Positions 39,230-49,287 of a stretch of 64,000 nt of DNA are shown one piece after another (the first letter of the stretch is position 1; every line of letters begins with the position of its first letter). Origin of the DNA: Squalus acanthias (lineage: Eukaryota); the NCBI GenBank assembly GCA_030390025.1, contig JASTWF010000104.1, positions 248,001 through 312,000 on the forward strand, read 5' to 3'. The notes under the pieces were generated by a model. That model saw only the letters and a program-made list of their open reading frames with translations. It did no database searches and was not told where the DNA came from. Both the position numbers and the translations under genes were made by a program.

Positions 39230-39518
39230 TAGAAAGAAGGACTTGCATTTCTATAGCGCCTTTCACAACCTCAGGATGTCCCAAAGCGCATCACAGCCAA
39301 TGAAGTACTTTTTGAAGTGTAGTCACTGTTGTAATGTAGGAAATGCAACAGCCAATTTGTGCACAGCAAGCTCCCACAAACAGTAATGAGATAATGACCA
39401 GATCATCGGTGTTTAGTGCTGGATGAGTGATAAAAATTGGGCCGGACACCGGGGGGAACTCCCCTGCTCTTCTTCGAATTGTGCCATTGGATCTTTTACA
39501 TCCACCTGACAGAGCAAA
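39230..39518 (-). mobile_element. Deu-domain SINE-like fragment with L2-type 3' tail
   Basis: Minus strand ends AAAGGCGCTATAGAAATGCAAGT; internal TGTTTGTGGGAGCTTGCTGTGC core recalled from Deu-SINEs; mirrored at about 54010-54295. Confidence 0.6.
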
Positions 39519-39519
39519 C

Positions 39520-39615
39520 AAAGCCGATGTTCTGAACAAGGAACTCTTGGAGACCAAAGAGAAGCTGGTGGAGACCAAAGATGAGAAGAGGAGACAGGAA
39601 GAACAGTCAGCACAG
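39520..39615 (+). pseudogene. RABGAP1L: RABGAP1L-like coiled-coil exon remnant
   Basis: [32 protein letters not shown] then GTATGG donor; matches recalled RABGAP1L [32 protein letters not shown]; acceptor replaced by SINE sequence. Confidence 0.7.
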
Positions 39616-39659
39616 GTATGGAAAGGAGAGGTGTCTGGGAGTGTGAGGGAGGCCCAGGC

Positions 39660-40340
39660 TCTGGGCCCAGGACTGGGAGTGAGAGTGAGGCCCGGGGCTC
39701 CGATCTGGGAGTGGGGCCCGGGGCTCTGAGTCTGGGAGTGGGGGCCGGGGCTCAGAGTCTGGGAGTGAGGCCCGGGGCTCTGCGTCTGGGAGTGGGGCCC
39801 GGGGCTCTGAGTCTGGGAGTGGGGCCCGGGGCTCTGAGTCTGGGAGTGAGGCCCGGGGCTCTGAGTCTGGGAGTGGGGCCCGGGGCTCTGAGTCTGGGAG
39901 TGAGGCCCGGGGCTCTGCGTCTGGGAGTGAGGCCCGGGGCTCTGAGTCTGGGAGTGGGGCCCGGGGCTCTGAGTCTGGGAGTAGGGCCTGGGGCTCCGAG
40001 TCTGGGAGTGGGGCCCGGGGCTCCGAGTCTGGGAGTGGAGCCCGGGGCTCTGAGTCTGGGTGTGGGGACTGGGAGTCCGAGTCTGGGAGTGGGGCCCGGG
40101 GCTCTGAGTCTGGGAGTGGAGCCCGGGGCTCTGAGTCTGGGAGTGGGGACTGGGGCTCCGAGTCTGGGAGTGGGGCCCGGGGCTCTGAGTCTGGGAGTGA
40201 GGCCCGGGGCTCCGAGTCTGGGAGTGGGGCCTGGAGCTCTGAGTCTGGGAGTGGGGCCTGGGGCTCTGATTCTGGGAGTGGGCCTCCGAGTCTGGGATTG
40301 GGGCCCGGGGCTCTGAGTCTGGGAGTGGAGCCCAGGCCCT
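39660..40340. repeat. 27-bp G-rich minisatellite
   Basis: Unit GGGGCTCTGAGTCTGGGAGTGGGGCCC; mirrored at 53079-53880. Confidence 0.9.
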
Positions 40341-40490
40341 GTGATCGCTGCTTGATGATGTCTTAGCCTCTCACCCTCTCCCCCGCCTCTCCTGCCCCTC
40401 CCGTTCCCCCCCTCCCCCATTCCTGTGTAATGTTCAGTCACCACGTTGATTAACAGGACCAGCAGTAATTCTTCCTCTTGTTCTGATCAG

Positions 40491-40547
40491 ATTTGTTCAC
40501 AGGAGAAGCAGCAGGCTGCGATAAAGGAGGAGCTGGAGATGGTGAAG
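40491..40547 (+). pseudogene. RABGAP1L: RABGAP1L-like exon remnant with internal deletion
   Basis: AG acceptor, ICSQ-EKQQAAIKEELEMVK, GT donor; recalled RABGAP1L [24 protein letters not shown]. Confidence 0.68.
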
Positions 40548-40691
40548 GTAGGAGTGGGCCTGACTCTGGCTGGGTAGCCTGTGAATGTCACACTCCTGTA
40601 TCGTATTGTCTCCACACTGTAACATCCATTGTACATCGAGTATGGTCTAATACGCAAACACTGTTAACTATCAACTAAATACACAGAGATA

Positions 40692-41060
40692 GGCCCCGGT
40701 CTCACACTGGGCCCCGGTCTCACACTGGGCCACAGTCTCACACTGGGTGACGGGCCCCGGTCTCTCACTGGGCGACGGGCCCCGGTCTCACACTGGGCCC
40801 CGGTCTCACACTGGGCCCCGGTCTCACACCGGGCGACGGGCCCCGGTCTCACACTGGGCCCTGGTCTCACACTGGGTGACGGGCCCCGGTCTCACACTGG
40901 GCGACGGGCCCTGGTCTCACACTGGGCCCTGGTCTCACACCGGGCGACGGGCCCCGGTCTCACACTGGGCCCCGGTCTCACACTGGGCGACGGGCCCTGG
41001 TCTCACACCGGGCGACGGGCCCCGGTCTCACACCGGGTGACGGGCCACGGTCTCACACTC
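40692..41060. repeat. 18/25-bp minisatellite
   Basis: Units GGGCCCCGGTCTCACACT with or without GGGCGAC. Confidence 0.88.
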
Positions 41061-41087
41061 TGTAATATCAGTGAGTGTGCTGAGGAC

Positions 41088-44000
41088 TGTAGGGGGTGGT
41101 AATGGGGTCAGCCTTCAATTTCTGACTTAGTGAGCGGTTCGAATCGCTCCCACACCCCTCTGGTTCCTAGACTTTGGACTTATTTAGGGATTGCGAACAA
41201 AAATGCAGTAGACAACAGGTCCTGATGAAAGAATTTTTACTTTATTTAAAAGAAAAAGTTAACATAGAACATAGAACAGTACAGCACAGTACAGGCCCTT
41301 CGGCCCTCGATGTTGTGCCGAGCATTGTCCGAGACCAAGATCAAGCTATCACACTCCCTATCACTCTGGTGTGCTCCATGTGCTTATCCATTAACCGCTT
41401 GAAAGTTCCTAAAGTGTCCGACTCCACTATCACAGCAGGCAGTCCATTCCACACCCCAACCACTCTCTGAGTAAAGAATCTACCTCGGACATCCCTTCTA
41501 TATCTCCCCCCATGCACCTTATAGTTATGCCCCCTTGTAACAGCTGCCTCTACCCGAGGAAATAGTCTCTGAACATCCACTCTATCTATCCCCCTCATCA
41601 TCTTATAAACCTCTATTAAGTCGCCTCTCATCCTCCTCCGCTCTAAAGAGAAAAGCCCCAACTCCCTCAATCTTTCCTCATAAGACCTCCCCCCCAAACC
41701 AGGCAGCATCCTGGTAAATCTCCTTTGCACTCTTTCCAATGCTTCCACGTCCTTCCTATAGTGAGGTGACCAGAACTGCACACAATATTCCAAATGTGGT
41801 CTCACCAAGGTCCTGTACAGTTGCAGCATAACCTCACGGTTCTTAAACTCAAACCCTCTGTTAATAAACGCCAACACACCATAGGCCTTCTTTACTGCTC
41901 TATCCACTTGAGTGGCAACCTTCAGAGATCTGTGGATATGAACCCCCAGATCCCTCTGCTCCTCCACGTTCCTCAGAACCCTGCCGTTGACCCTGTAATC
42001 CTTATTCAAATTTGCCCTACCAAAATGAATCACCTCGCACTTATCAGGGTTAAATTCCATCTGCCATTTTTTGGCCCAGCTCTGCATCCTATCAATGTCT
42101 CTTTGCAGCCTACAACTGCCCTCCACCTCATCCACTACTCCACCAATCTTGGTGTCATCAGCAAATTTACTGATCCACCCTTCAGTCCCCTCCTCCAAGT
42201 CATTGATAAAAATCACAAACAGCAGAGGACCCAGCACCGACCCCTGTGGCACACCGCTGGTAACTGGTCTCCAGTCCGAAAATGTTCCATCCACCACCAC
42301 CCTCTGCCTTCTATGAGATAGCCAGTTACTTATCCAATCGGCCAAATTTCCCTCTATCCCACAACTCCTTACTTTCTTCATGAGACGACCATGGGGAACC
42401 TTATCAAACGCCTTACTAAAATCCATGTATACGACATCAACTGCTCTACCTTCATCTACACACTTAGTTACCTCCTCAAAGAATTCAATCAAATTTGTTA
42501 GGCAAGACTTACCCTTCACGAATCCGTGTTGACTATCCCTGATTAAGTTGCCCCTTTCCAAATGGTCATAAATCCTATCCCTCAGGACCTTTTCCATTAT
42601 CTTACCAACCACCGAAGTAAGACTAACCGGCCTATAATTACCAGGGTCATTCCTATTTCCTTTCTTGAAGAGAGGAACAACATTCGCCACTCTCCAGTCC
42701 TCTGGCACCATCCCCGTGGACAGTGAGGACCCAAAGATCAAAGCCAGAGGCTCTGCAATCTCCTCCCTTGCCTCCCAAAGAATCCTAGGATATATCCCAT
42801 CTGGCCCAGGGGACTTATCGACCCTCAGGTTCTTCAAAATTGCTAAAACATCTTCCCTCAGAACATCTACCACCTCCAGCCTATCCACCTTTATCACACT
42901 CTCATCCTCAAGAACATGGCCCCTCTCCTCGGTGAACACTGACGAAAAGTATTCATTCATCACCTCTCCTATCTCTTCTGACTCCATGCACAAGTTCCCA
43001 CTACTGTCCTTGACCGGCCCTACCCTCACCCTGGTCATTCTTTTATTTCTCACATAAGAGTAAAAAGCCTTGGGGTTTTTCTTGATCCGACCCGCCAAGG
43101 ACTTCTCATGCCCCCTCCTAGCTCTCCTAAGCTCTTTTTTTAGCTCATTCCTTGCTACCTTGTACCCCTCAATCGACCCAACTGAACCTTGTTTTCTCAT
43201 CCTTACATACGCTTCCTTTTTCCTCTTGACTTAACAAACTTAAAACACACTTAATACTTAAACATAGATTGGGGAGCACACGGTACAGACGAGGGAGAAA
43301 GACAATATACCAAACAAAAACCTTATCCCTCCCAAAGATCCCACTATCTAGCTAGGTTTTTGGTTTCAGGAGATCAGGGATAATGCTCACCAACGAATCC
43401 TTGGCAGGATTTTAGAGTCTTTTGTTTAAAAGATTTCGTAAGGCCCTTGTTGCTGCGAGGTGTCCGATGGTCACTGAGGCAGTCGCTCTGGTTTCTTCTT
43501 GTGTGCTGGTCTGTTTTCTGGCCTTCCTCCTCGTGGCTTGTGGTGGTTTTTGCTGGAGCAGGGGGAGAGCTGTGTCCGCGTGGTCAGCGAGTCCAAAAAG
43601 AGAAAGAAGTTTTGGGACAGGCTTTCAATTATACTGTCTTTTTTTCGCGCCCAAAAACCCCTTACTAAAACGTTTCCTTTAGGTTGCAAATGAACCTTGC
43701 TTAGTCCATTATCTAGTTTTGGCGGGCTTGCCAGTTCCGATGGCTTTAGCTCAGTGTTAAACATGTCCTGATCGTTTTCCGATTTAAACACAGCCTTATC
43801 TACATGCCAAATCTGAACCCTATTGTCCTAGGGCTTTTGGCGGGCTTTTAAATCTGTCCTGTGGATACCTGGTTGATTGGCTTTTGATGAAGTACTAAAT
43901 GTTTTATTGATTTCAGGCTTCTGGTATCCTGTTTGGGCCTGGGAATTTCAAAAGGGGGTCTTGGATTATTCATATTTCGATGTGTGTGTGAGTTTTTGGT

Positions 44001-44324
44001 TTGTCTCTTCCTCCTTGGTAGGATTGCAGTGTGAACAATTCCCAGACAGCTTGATTGGGCCCCAATACCCAAAGCTGTCCACTGCCTGGCCACGCCCCTC
44101 CACAGCCTGTCTTGTGTCTGTGAAAGGTGTCTCTCCCAACAGTAAGATTCAAAAGTCATTTTCCTCAGGGTTTTTCTTCCCTGATCTTTAAAATGTCCAA
44201 AACTGAGGTTTTTACATCAAATCACTTCACTTAGGTCCCATCATCCCAAGTTTGTATGAAAGGTCCAAAAATCACTGCCTTTAGGGCTCTGTTAGAGTTT
44301 CTGGGGGATTTTGCGAAGCCTACA
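41088..44324 (-). mobile_element. Solo LTR (same family as central element) interrupted by a CR1 LINE
   Basis: TGTA...TACA termini, 4-bp TSD GGAC; reverse complement of LTR 51929-53078. Confidence 0.92.
41265..43230 (-). mobile_element. 5'-truncated young CR1 LINE; uninterrupted RT frame 41341-43200
   Basis: KSPGPDG, NYRPVSLTS, QHGF, DFSKAFDKV, GVPQGSVLGP, FADD motifs; AACATAG tail repeats; TTAACA TSD at 41259 and 43231. Confidence 0.95.
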
Positions 44325-44724
44325 GGACAGTATCACTGGAGTTTAACCTGTCAAAGCCACGCTGCCTAGTAGCACAGAGTTGTGGTAGAGATCCCAGTGT
44401 GCAGGGACAGGGTGAACCCTTTAGCTTCCTATGGTGACCTGGGCTGGCTGGTGAGGACTGCCAACACACCGGGGTCATTGAGCCGGTCTCCCAGGGCTGA
44501 GTCTAGTCTTCCGTCTGAAACAGCATCGTCTTAGAGTCATCTCAACCCCAAAGAGACCCACCTCCCTTCACTCCAAGCAGGACAGTCAGTGGTTGCTCAG
44601 TGTGGGATTGAGCCCTCACCAGGTGAAGAGCACAGCTCAGAACACGGTGTGTCAGTGCCTTGATATCATCCTCCTAACCACAGCCCATTGGTGGAGCAGC
44701 TGCAGGTGTGGGCTTCTCAACCAG

Positions 44725-44897
44725 CTGGAAAAGGCCAATGGAATGTTGGCCTTTCTCTGGGGGCTGCTATATAAAGGGCTGGAAGTTATGCTGCCGTTAT
44801 ATAAAGCTCTGGTCAGACCCCATCTGAACACTGGGTTCAGTTCTGGGCCCCGCACCTCAGGAAGGATATATTGGCCTTGGAGGGGGAGCAGCGCAGA
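44725..44897 (+). mobile_element. Degenerate CR1 ORF2 fragment
   Basis: KANGMLAF..LYKALVRPHL..RKDILALEGEQRRF; ends abruptly at the LTR. Confidence 0.75.
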
Positions 44898-46090
44898 TTC
44901 GCAAAATCCCCCAGAAACTCGAACAGAGCCCTAAAGGGAGTGATTTTTGGACTTTTCATACAAACTTGGGATGATGGGGCCTAAGTGAAGTGATTTGATG
45001 TAAAAACCTAAAGATCAGGGAAGAAAAAAACCTGAGGAAACTGACTTTTGGAATCTTACTGTTGGGAGAGACACCTTTCACAGACACAAGCTGCGAGGGG
45101 CGTGGCCGGGCAGTGAACAGATCAAGCTGTCTGGGAATTGTTTACACTGCGAATCCTACCAAGGTGCAAGAGACAAAGCAAAAACTCACAAACGCATTCA
45201 AATATGAATCCCCAGGGGCAAACAAGAGGCTGGAAATCTAAAAACGATTCCTGACAATAAAACTTCGATCACACAGTTTCATAGCCATTATCCCATCAAA
45301 AAAACCAATCAACCAGTTATCCACAGAACAGATTTAAAAGCCCACCAACAGACCTAGGACAATAGGGTGGAGATTTGGCACGTAGATAAGGCTGTGTTTA
45401 AATCGGAAAACGATCAAGACATGTTTAACACTGAGCAAAAGCCATCGGAACTGGCAAGCCCGCCAAAACTAGACAATTGGACTAAGCAAGGTTCATTTGC
45501 AACCTAAAGGAATCCGTTTTGTATGGGTTTTTTTGGGCGCGAAAAAGAAACAGTATAATTTGAAAGCCTGTGCCATAATTTCTCTCTCTTTCGGACTGGC
45601 TGACCACGCAGACACAGCTCTCTCCCTGCTCCAGCAAAACCTACCACAAGCCACGAGGAAGAAGGCCAGAAAACAGACCAGCACGCAAGAAGAAACCAGA
45701 GCGACTGCCTCAGTGACCATTGGACACCTCGCAGCAACAAGGGCCTTACGGAGTCTTTTAAACAAAAGACTCTAAAAATCCTGTCAAAGATTCATTGGTG
45801 AGCATTATCCCTGATCTCCTGAAACCAAAAACCTAGCTAGATAGTGGGATCTTTGGGAGGGATAAGGTTTTGTTTGATATATTGTCATTTCCCTCGCTTG
45901 TACCGTGTGCTCCCCAAATCTGTGTTTAAGTAGTCAGTGTGTTTCAAGTTTGTTACCTTTTTCTTTTAATAAAGTAAAATTCTTTCATCAGAACCTGTCG
46001 TTTACTGCAATTTTGTTCACAACCCCTAAATAAGTCCAAAGTCCAGGAACCGGAGGGGTGTGGGAGCGATTAAGATACCCCTTACATAAA

Positions 46091-46108
46091 TGGCGACCGC
46101 GGCAGGAC
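46091..46108 (+). other. Primer binding site, tRNA-Arg(UCG)
   Basis: TGGCGACCGCGGCAGGAC, 4 nt after the LTR end; complementary to the recalled vertebrate tRNA-Arg-TCG 3' end GTCCTGCCGCGGTCG-CCA. Confidence 0.8.
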
Positions 46109-46313
46109 TTTGGCGAAAGGGTTGTGAAGCAGTAAATGCTGGTTTTGAGGAGAGAACAAAAATGGAAGAGAGGATGTATATAAATGGGTCCTCAGGCTGT
46201 TGCATGCTGAACGTACTATGGACACTGCAGCTGCATGGACTGAGAGCAAGGAATACAATAAGTCTGTGGAAAAGGCCATATGGTTGGTCTGCTCCCAGAA
46301 ACAAATGTAGCTT

Positions 46314-47876
46314 ATGGGGAAGCGCATTCAGGCTCTCACAGAAGAGCTAAAGGAAGAAAGCCAACTGTCCCGTGCCAGAGCTATAGCAGGGGATAGGTTG
46401 TTAGCCGAGCTCGGCACAAAAGATCAGGAACAGTCACAGATGCTGGAGGAACACCGTGCCAGTAAGGGATACCTCCCGTGTCAGGCCACCGAGGCCAAAA
46501 GTAGTGAACTGGCATTGCGGGAAGAGAACACCCGCCTTGCCAAGCAATTAAGGGAACTCACAGAGAAGTTAAACGATGATCAGGCAGCCTACAGGGTAGC
46601 CAGTACAAGGGAGTTTGAGGTAGGAGACCACGGCCCCTGTCAGAAGCAGATTGAGAGTCTGAACCTTGCTCTGTCCAAGACAAAAGGCATGCTGTGCCTG
46701 ATAAGCCCGGGTGCGGCCCAGGCAGACCTGGAAGAGCAGGGGGAGACTGTTCGACCACCACCTGTGGCGCCAAGGAGAAGCTTGGTTAGGCAGCAGGAGG
46801 GGCAGACAATCTGTGAGGCTGACAGGGAGTGCACACCAGCACCTGTGGCGCCAAGTTTTGACTCGGTCTGGCAGCAGGGAGAGGGGGGCAAACCGATGCA
46901 GGAGAAGTCGGAGCCAGGGCCAATGTGCCCAGCACAACAGCAAAAATTCGGCCCGCCCGCCGGTGGTGGAGGTCAGGGACCCCTTGAAAGTCAATTCTTG
47001 GCTCCCCACGGTGCACAACAGCTTAGGGCTATGGTAAGCCACCTGAGTAAACTTACCCAAAAGGAAGACCCCTCAGTTCACTTCATGGAGGTGGAGCAAT
47101 CAGCAGCCATTAACGATTGTGACGATGCCGAAATGGCAAAAATGCTCCTGTTCTCATTAGATGGCAAATTATACCAGTCCCTCTCTGCTGAGAGCAAGAG
47201 AGGACGGAATGGGTATGCTGCTGTCAGGGAGGAAGTTTTAGAGGCCATGGGAATGAATGAGGGAAGTCCTTTCTCCCGGGTGGAGAAAACAGTGCAGCTT
47301 GTAGGGGAGACCCCACAGGCTTTCGCAGACAGGCTGTGGCTGGTGTACAGGGGTGCTTGTAATGGGGCTCTCGACAGGGCTAACCTGAACAGGGACGAGC
47401 TGGCCCACTGGCTCCGTAGCCTAGTAGCAAACAGCTTGCCACGAGTCAAAGCCAAAGCTGAGCTTTGGTTTGACCCAAGAGATCCCCGGGTCACCGAGGA
47501 GGCAGTGGTCAGGCAACTGACCCTAGCCTACCGGAACGGTAGGGGAGCTGAAGACACCCCACCGAAAGGGAAGGTGCATGAGATAAAGCCCAGTCAGGAT
47601 AAGAAGGAGTGGCACCAGGAAGGTGGTAAACCTTCCGACACGAAGCGTAACTGCTTCGGGTGCGGGAAGAGGGGACACTGGAGAAAGGACTGTAGAAATC
47701 CCTGGAAGGATATACTAACAAAGAATTCCCCAGCTTTTGCCCCAAAAGTAGAGGCACCGACCGCTTCCCCCACACTGGACACAATAGTAGCGGCCATCAG
47801 AGTCCTGTTTGGTGGTCCAGGGAAGGTAGCTACTGGTGCATTAATCCCATCTGCCCCCCCTAACGTAGACCTATGA
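46314..47876 (+). CDS. gag: Gag-like polyprotein (N-terminal coiled coil, capsid-like region, CCHC zinc knuckle)
   Basis: 520-aa ORF with CFGCGKRGHWRKDC (CX2CX4HX4C); position right after the PBS; true start may lie slightly upstream. Confidence 0.85.
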   Translation: MGKRIQALTEELKEESQLSRARAIAGDRLLAELGTKDQEQSQMLEEHRASKGYLPCQATEAKSSELALREENTRLAKQLRELTEKLNDDQAAYRVASTREFEVGDHGPCQKQIESLNLALSKTKGMLCLISPGAAQADLEEQGETVRPPPVAPRRSLVRQQEGQTICEADRECTPAPVAPSFDSVWQQGEGGKPMQEKSEPGPMCPAQQQKFGPPAGGGGQGPLESQFLAPHGAQQLRAMVSHLSKLTQKEDPSVHFMEVEQSAAINDCDDAEMAKMLLFSLDGKLYQSLSAESKRGRNGYAAVREEVLEAMGMNEGSPFSRVEKTVQLVGETPQAFADRLWLVYRGACNGALDRANLNRDELAHWLRSLVANSLPRVKAKAELWFDPRDPRVTEEAVVRQLTLAYRNGRGAEDTPPKGKVHEIKPSQDKKEWHQEGGKPSDTKRNCFGCGKRGHWRKDCRNPWKDILTKNSPAFAPKVEAPTASPTLDTIVAAIRVLFGGPGKVATGALIPSAPPNVDL

Positions 47877-49085
47877 CTAGAACCAGCGTAGGCTGTCTGC
47901 CTGTGTTCCCCGGGATACGATGTTAAGAAGGGGGTGGAGAAAGTGCAAGGGAGATGTTTGGTAGACACCGGAGCTGCCAGCACGGTGGTCCATTCAGAAG
48001 ACCTGACCAATTCACCCAGGTTTAACGGGGTCCCCTACAGTTTAATGGGAATCACAGGGAACGAGCAGGCTGGGGCAATGTCCAAACCTTTGGACATAGA
48101 TTTAGGATCCCTCCATACCACGTGGGAGGGTAACCAAAAGGCCGACAAGTTGGCCAAGCAGGGGGCCAAGGAAGGAGAGTTCTGGGATCCCTATAAAGCA
48201 GGTCCGGTAGCTGCAATCCGGGACAAGGGAGGCACACAGGGGGTAGCTTTGCCCCCGGACTTAAAGCAGGTCCAAGCCCAGAATCCTGTCTTTAAGGCCG
48301 GCCTGGTAAAGAGAGAGATTGGGGAGTCCCTAGAAGGTCCGTTCAGGGCAGAGGACGAGATTTTTAAACAGAATCACTGGCAAGCAGCCAGTAACCTGGG
48401 GAGCCAGCACCAGAAAAATCGGCTGCTGTTAGAACCCCAGAGAACCCACGAGTGGGAGATTGACCAGTGCAAACTGTTTAAACCTAAAAGGGAACAGCCG
48501 GCAAAGGTGGACTGCCCCCAAGTTAGAAATCCTCAGCCAGCAGCAGCTGTGGCAGACGCACAAGCTGCAGTGGGAGGGACAGTGTGTTGTCTCACAGGAG
48601 AGGTCACTCCACCGATTATGTGGGACTCAAGCACTCCCCCAGTGGCCAGAGCCCTAAGAAGGTCTCCCCGCACACCACAGCAAAGGCTACTGTGGCCACA
48701 GGTGTATCTGTTTAGAGGGTCCCACCCAAAGAGGGTTGCAACCCGAAGAAGAGCGCCCAAGAGCAGGGAGCGTTCTAAAGTTGGGGATTCCCAGCCTACA
48801 GCCTCCAACAGTGAGGGTTTCACAGGAGAGGTAGTACTGGGAGAAGAGAGAGAGAAGGGTCCCCCGCCCGCAGCCTCAGGCTGGGAGGAGCCCACAGATA
48901 TGAACGAGGGCGCTGCAGCCACACCAAAGGGGGTAGTGTGCTGCAGCACAGGACTCGGCTGGGATGTTAAGATACCCCCAGCGGTTTTGAGGAAGGCCTT
49001 CTGGGTACGCCGGTACAGGCCGCACTACACCCAGGTGTACAAGCCATCCAGAGGCCACATAAGGCAGAGACTAAACAGGATTTAA
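47877..49085 (+). pseudogene. pol: Deleted pol: protease fused to RNase H C-terminus and post-integrase tail; RT and integrase core missing
   Basis: LVDTGA protease active site, then EGNQKADKLAK (retroviral-type RNase H end); no YxDD or DDE core; TAG at 47889. Confidence 0.8.
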
Positions 49086-49287
49086 CCTTGCCGTCCGGAG
49101 ACGGGCGGCAAATGTACAGAATTTTCGGTTTTAAGTAATTGCAGTTTTGGTGGTTATGGGTTATCATTAGTTTAGTTGTTTGTAGAGTTTTTTTTTAAGT
49201 TTAAGGGCTTGATTAATTATCCAGCCAGAGAACCTTTCTGGGACATGGATATATGTTTTGTGTGTGCCCCTACAGAAAGGACTTCGG

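Larger units (their letters stand above)
31227..40340. repeat. Left arm of a large inverted segmental duplication (partner 53079-62297; both extend into the 61-bp arrays)
   Basis: Colinear reverse-complement match of V gene, promoter, minisatellites, Harbinger remnant and SINE; differs by SNPs and arm-specific insertions and deletions. Confidence 0.95.

Noticed and set aside
38332-40444. Long Pro/Gly/His-rich ORFs (also 53011-55450)
   Set aside because: Open frames on both strands produced by stop-poor GC-rich minisatellites
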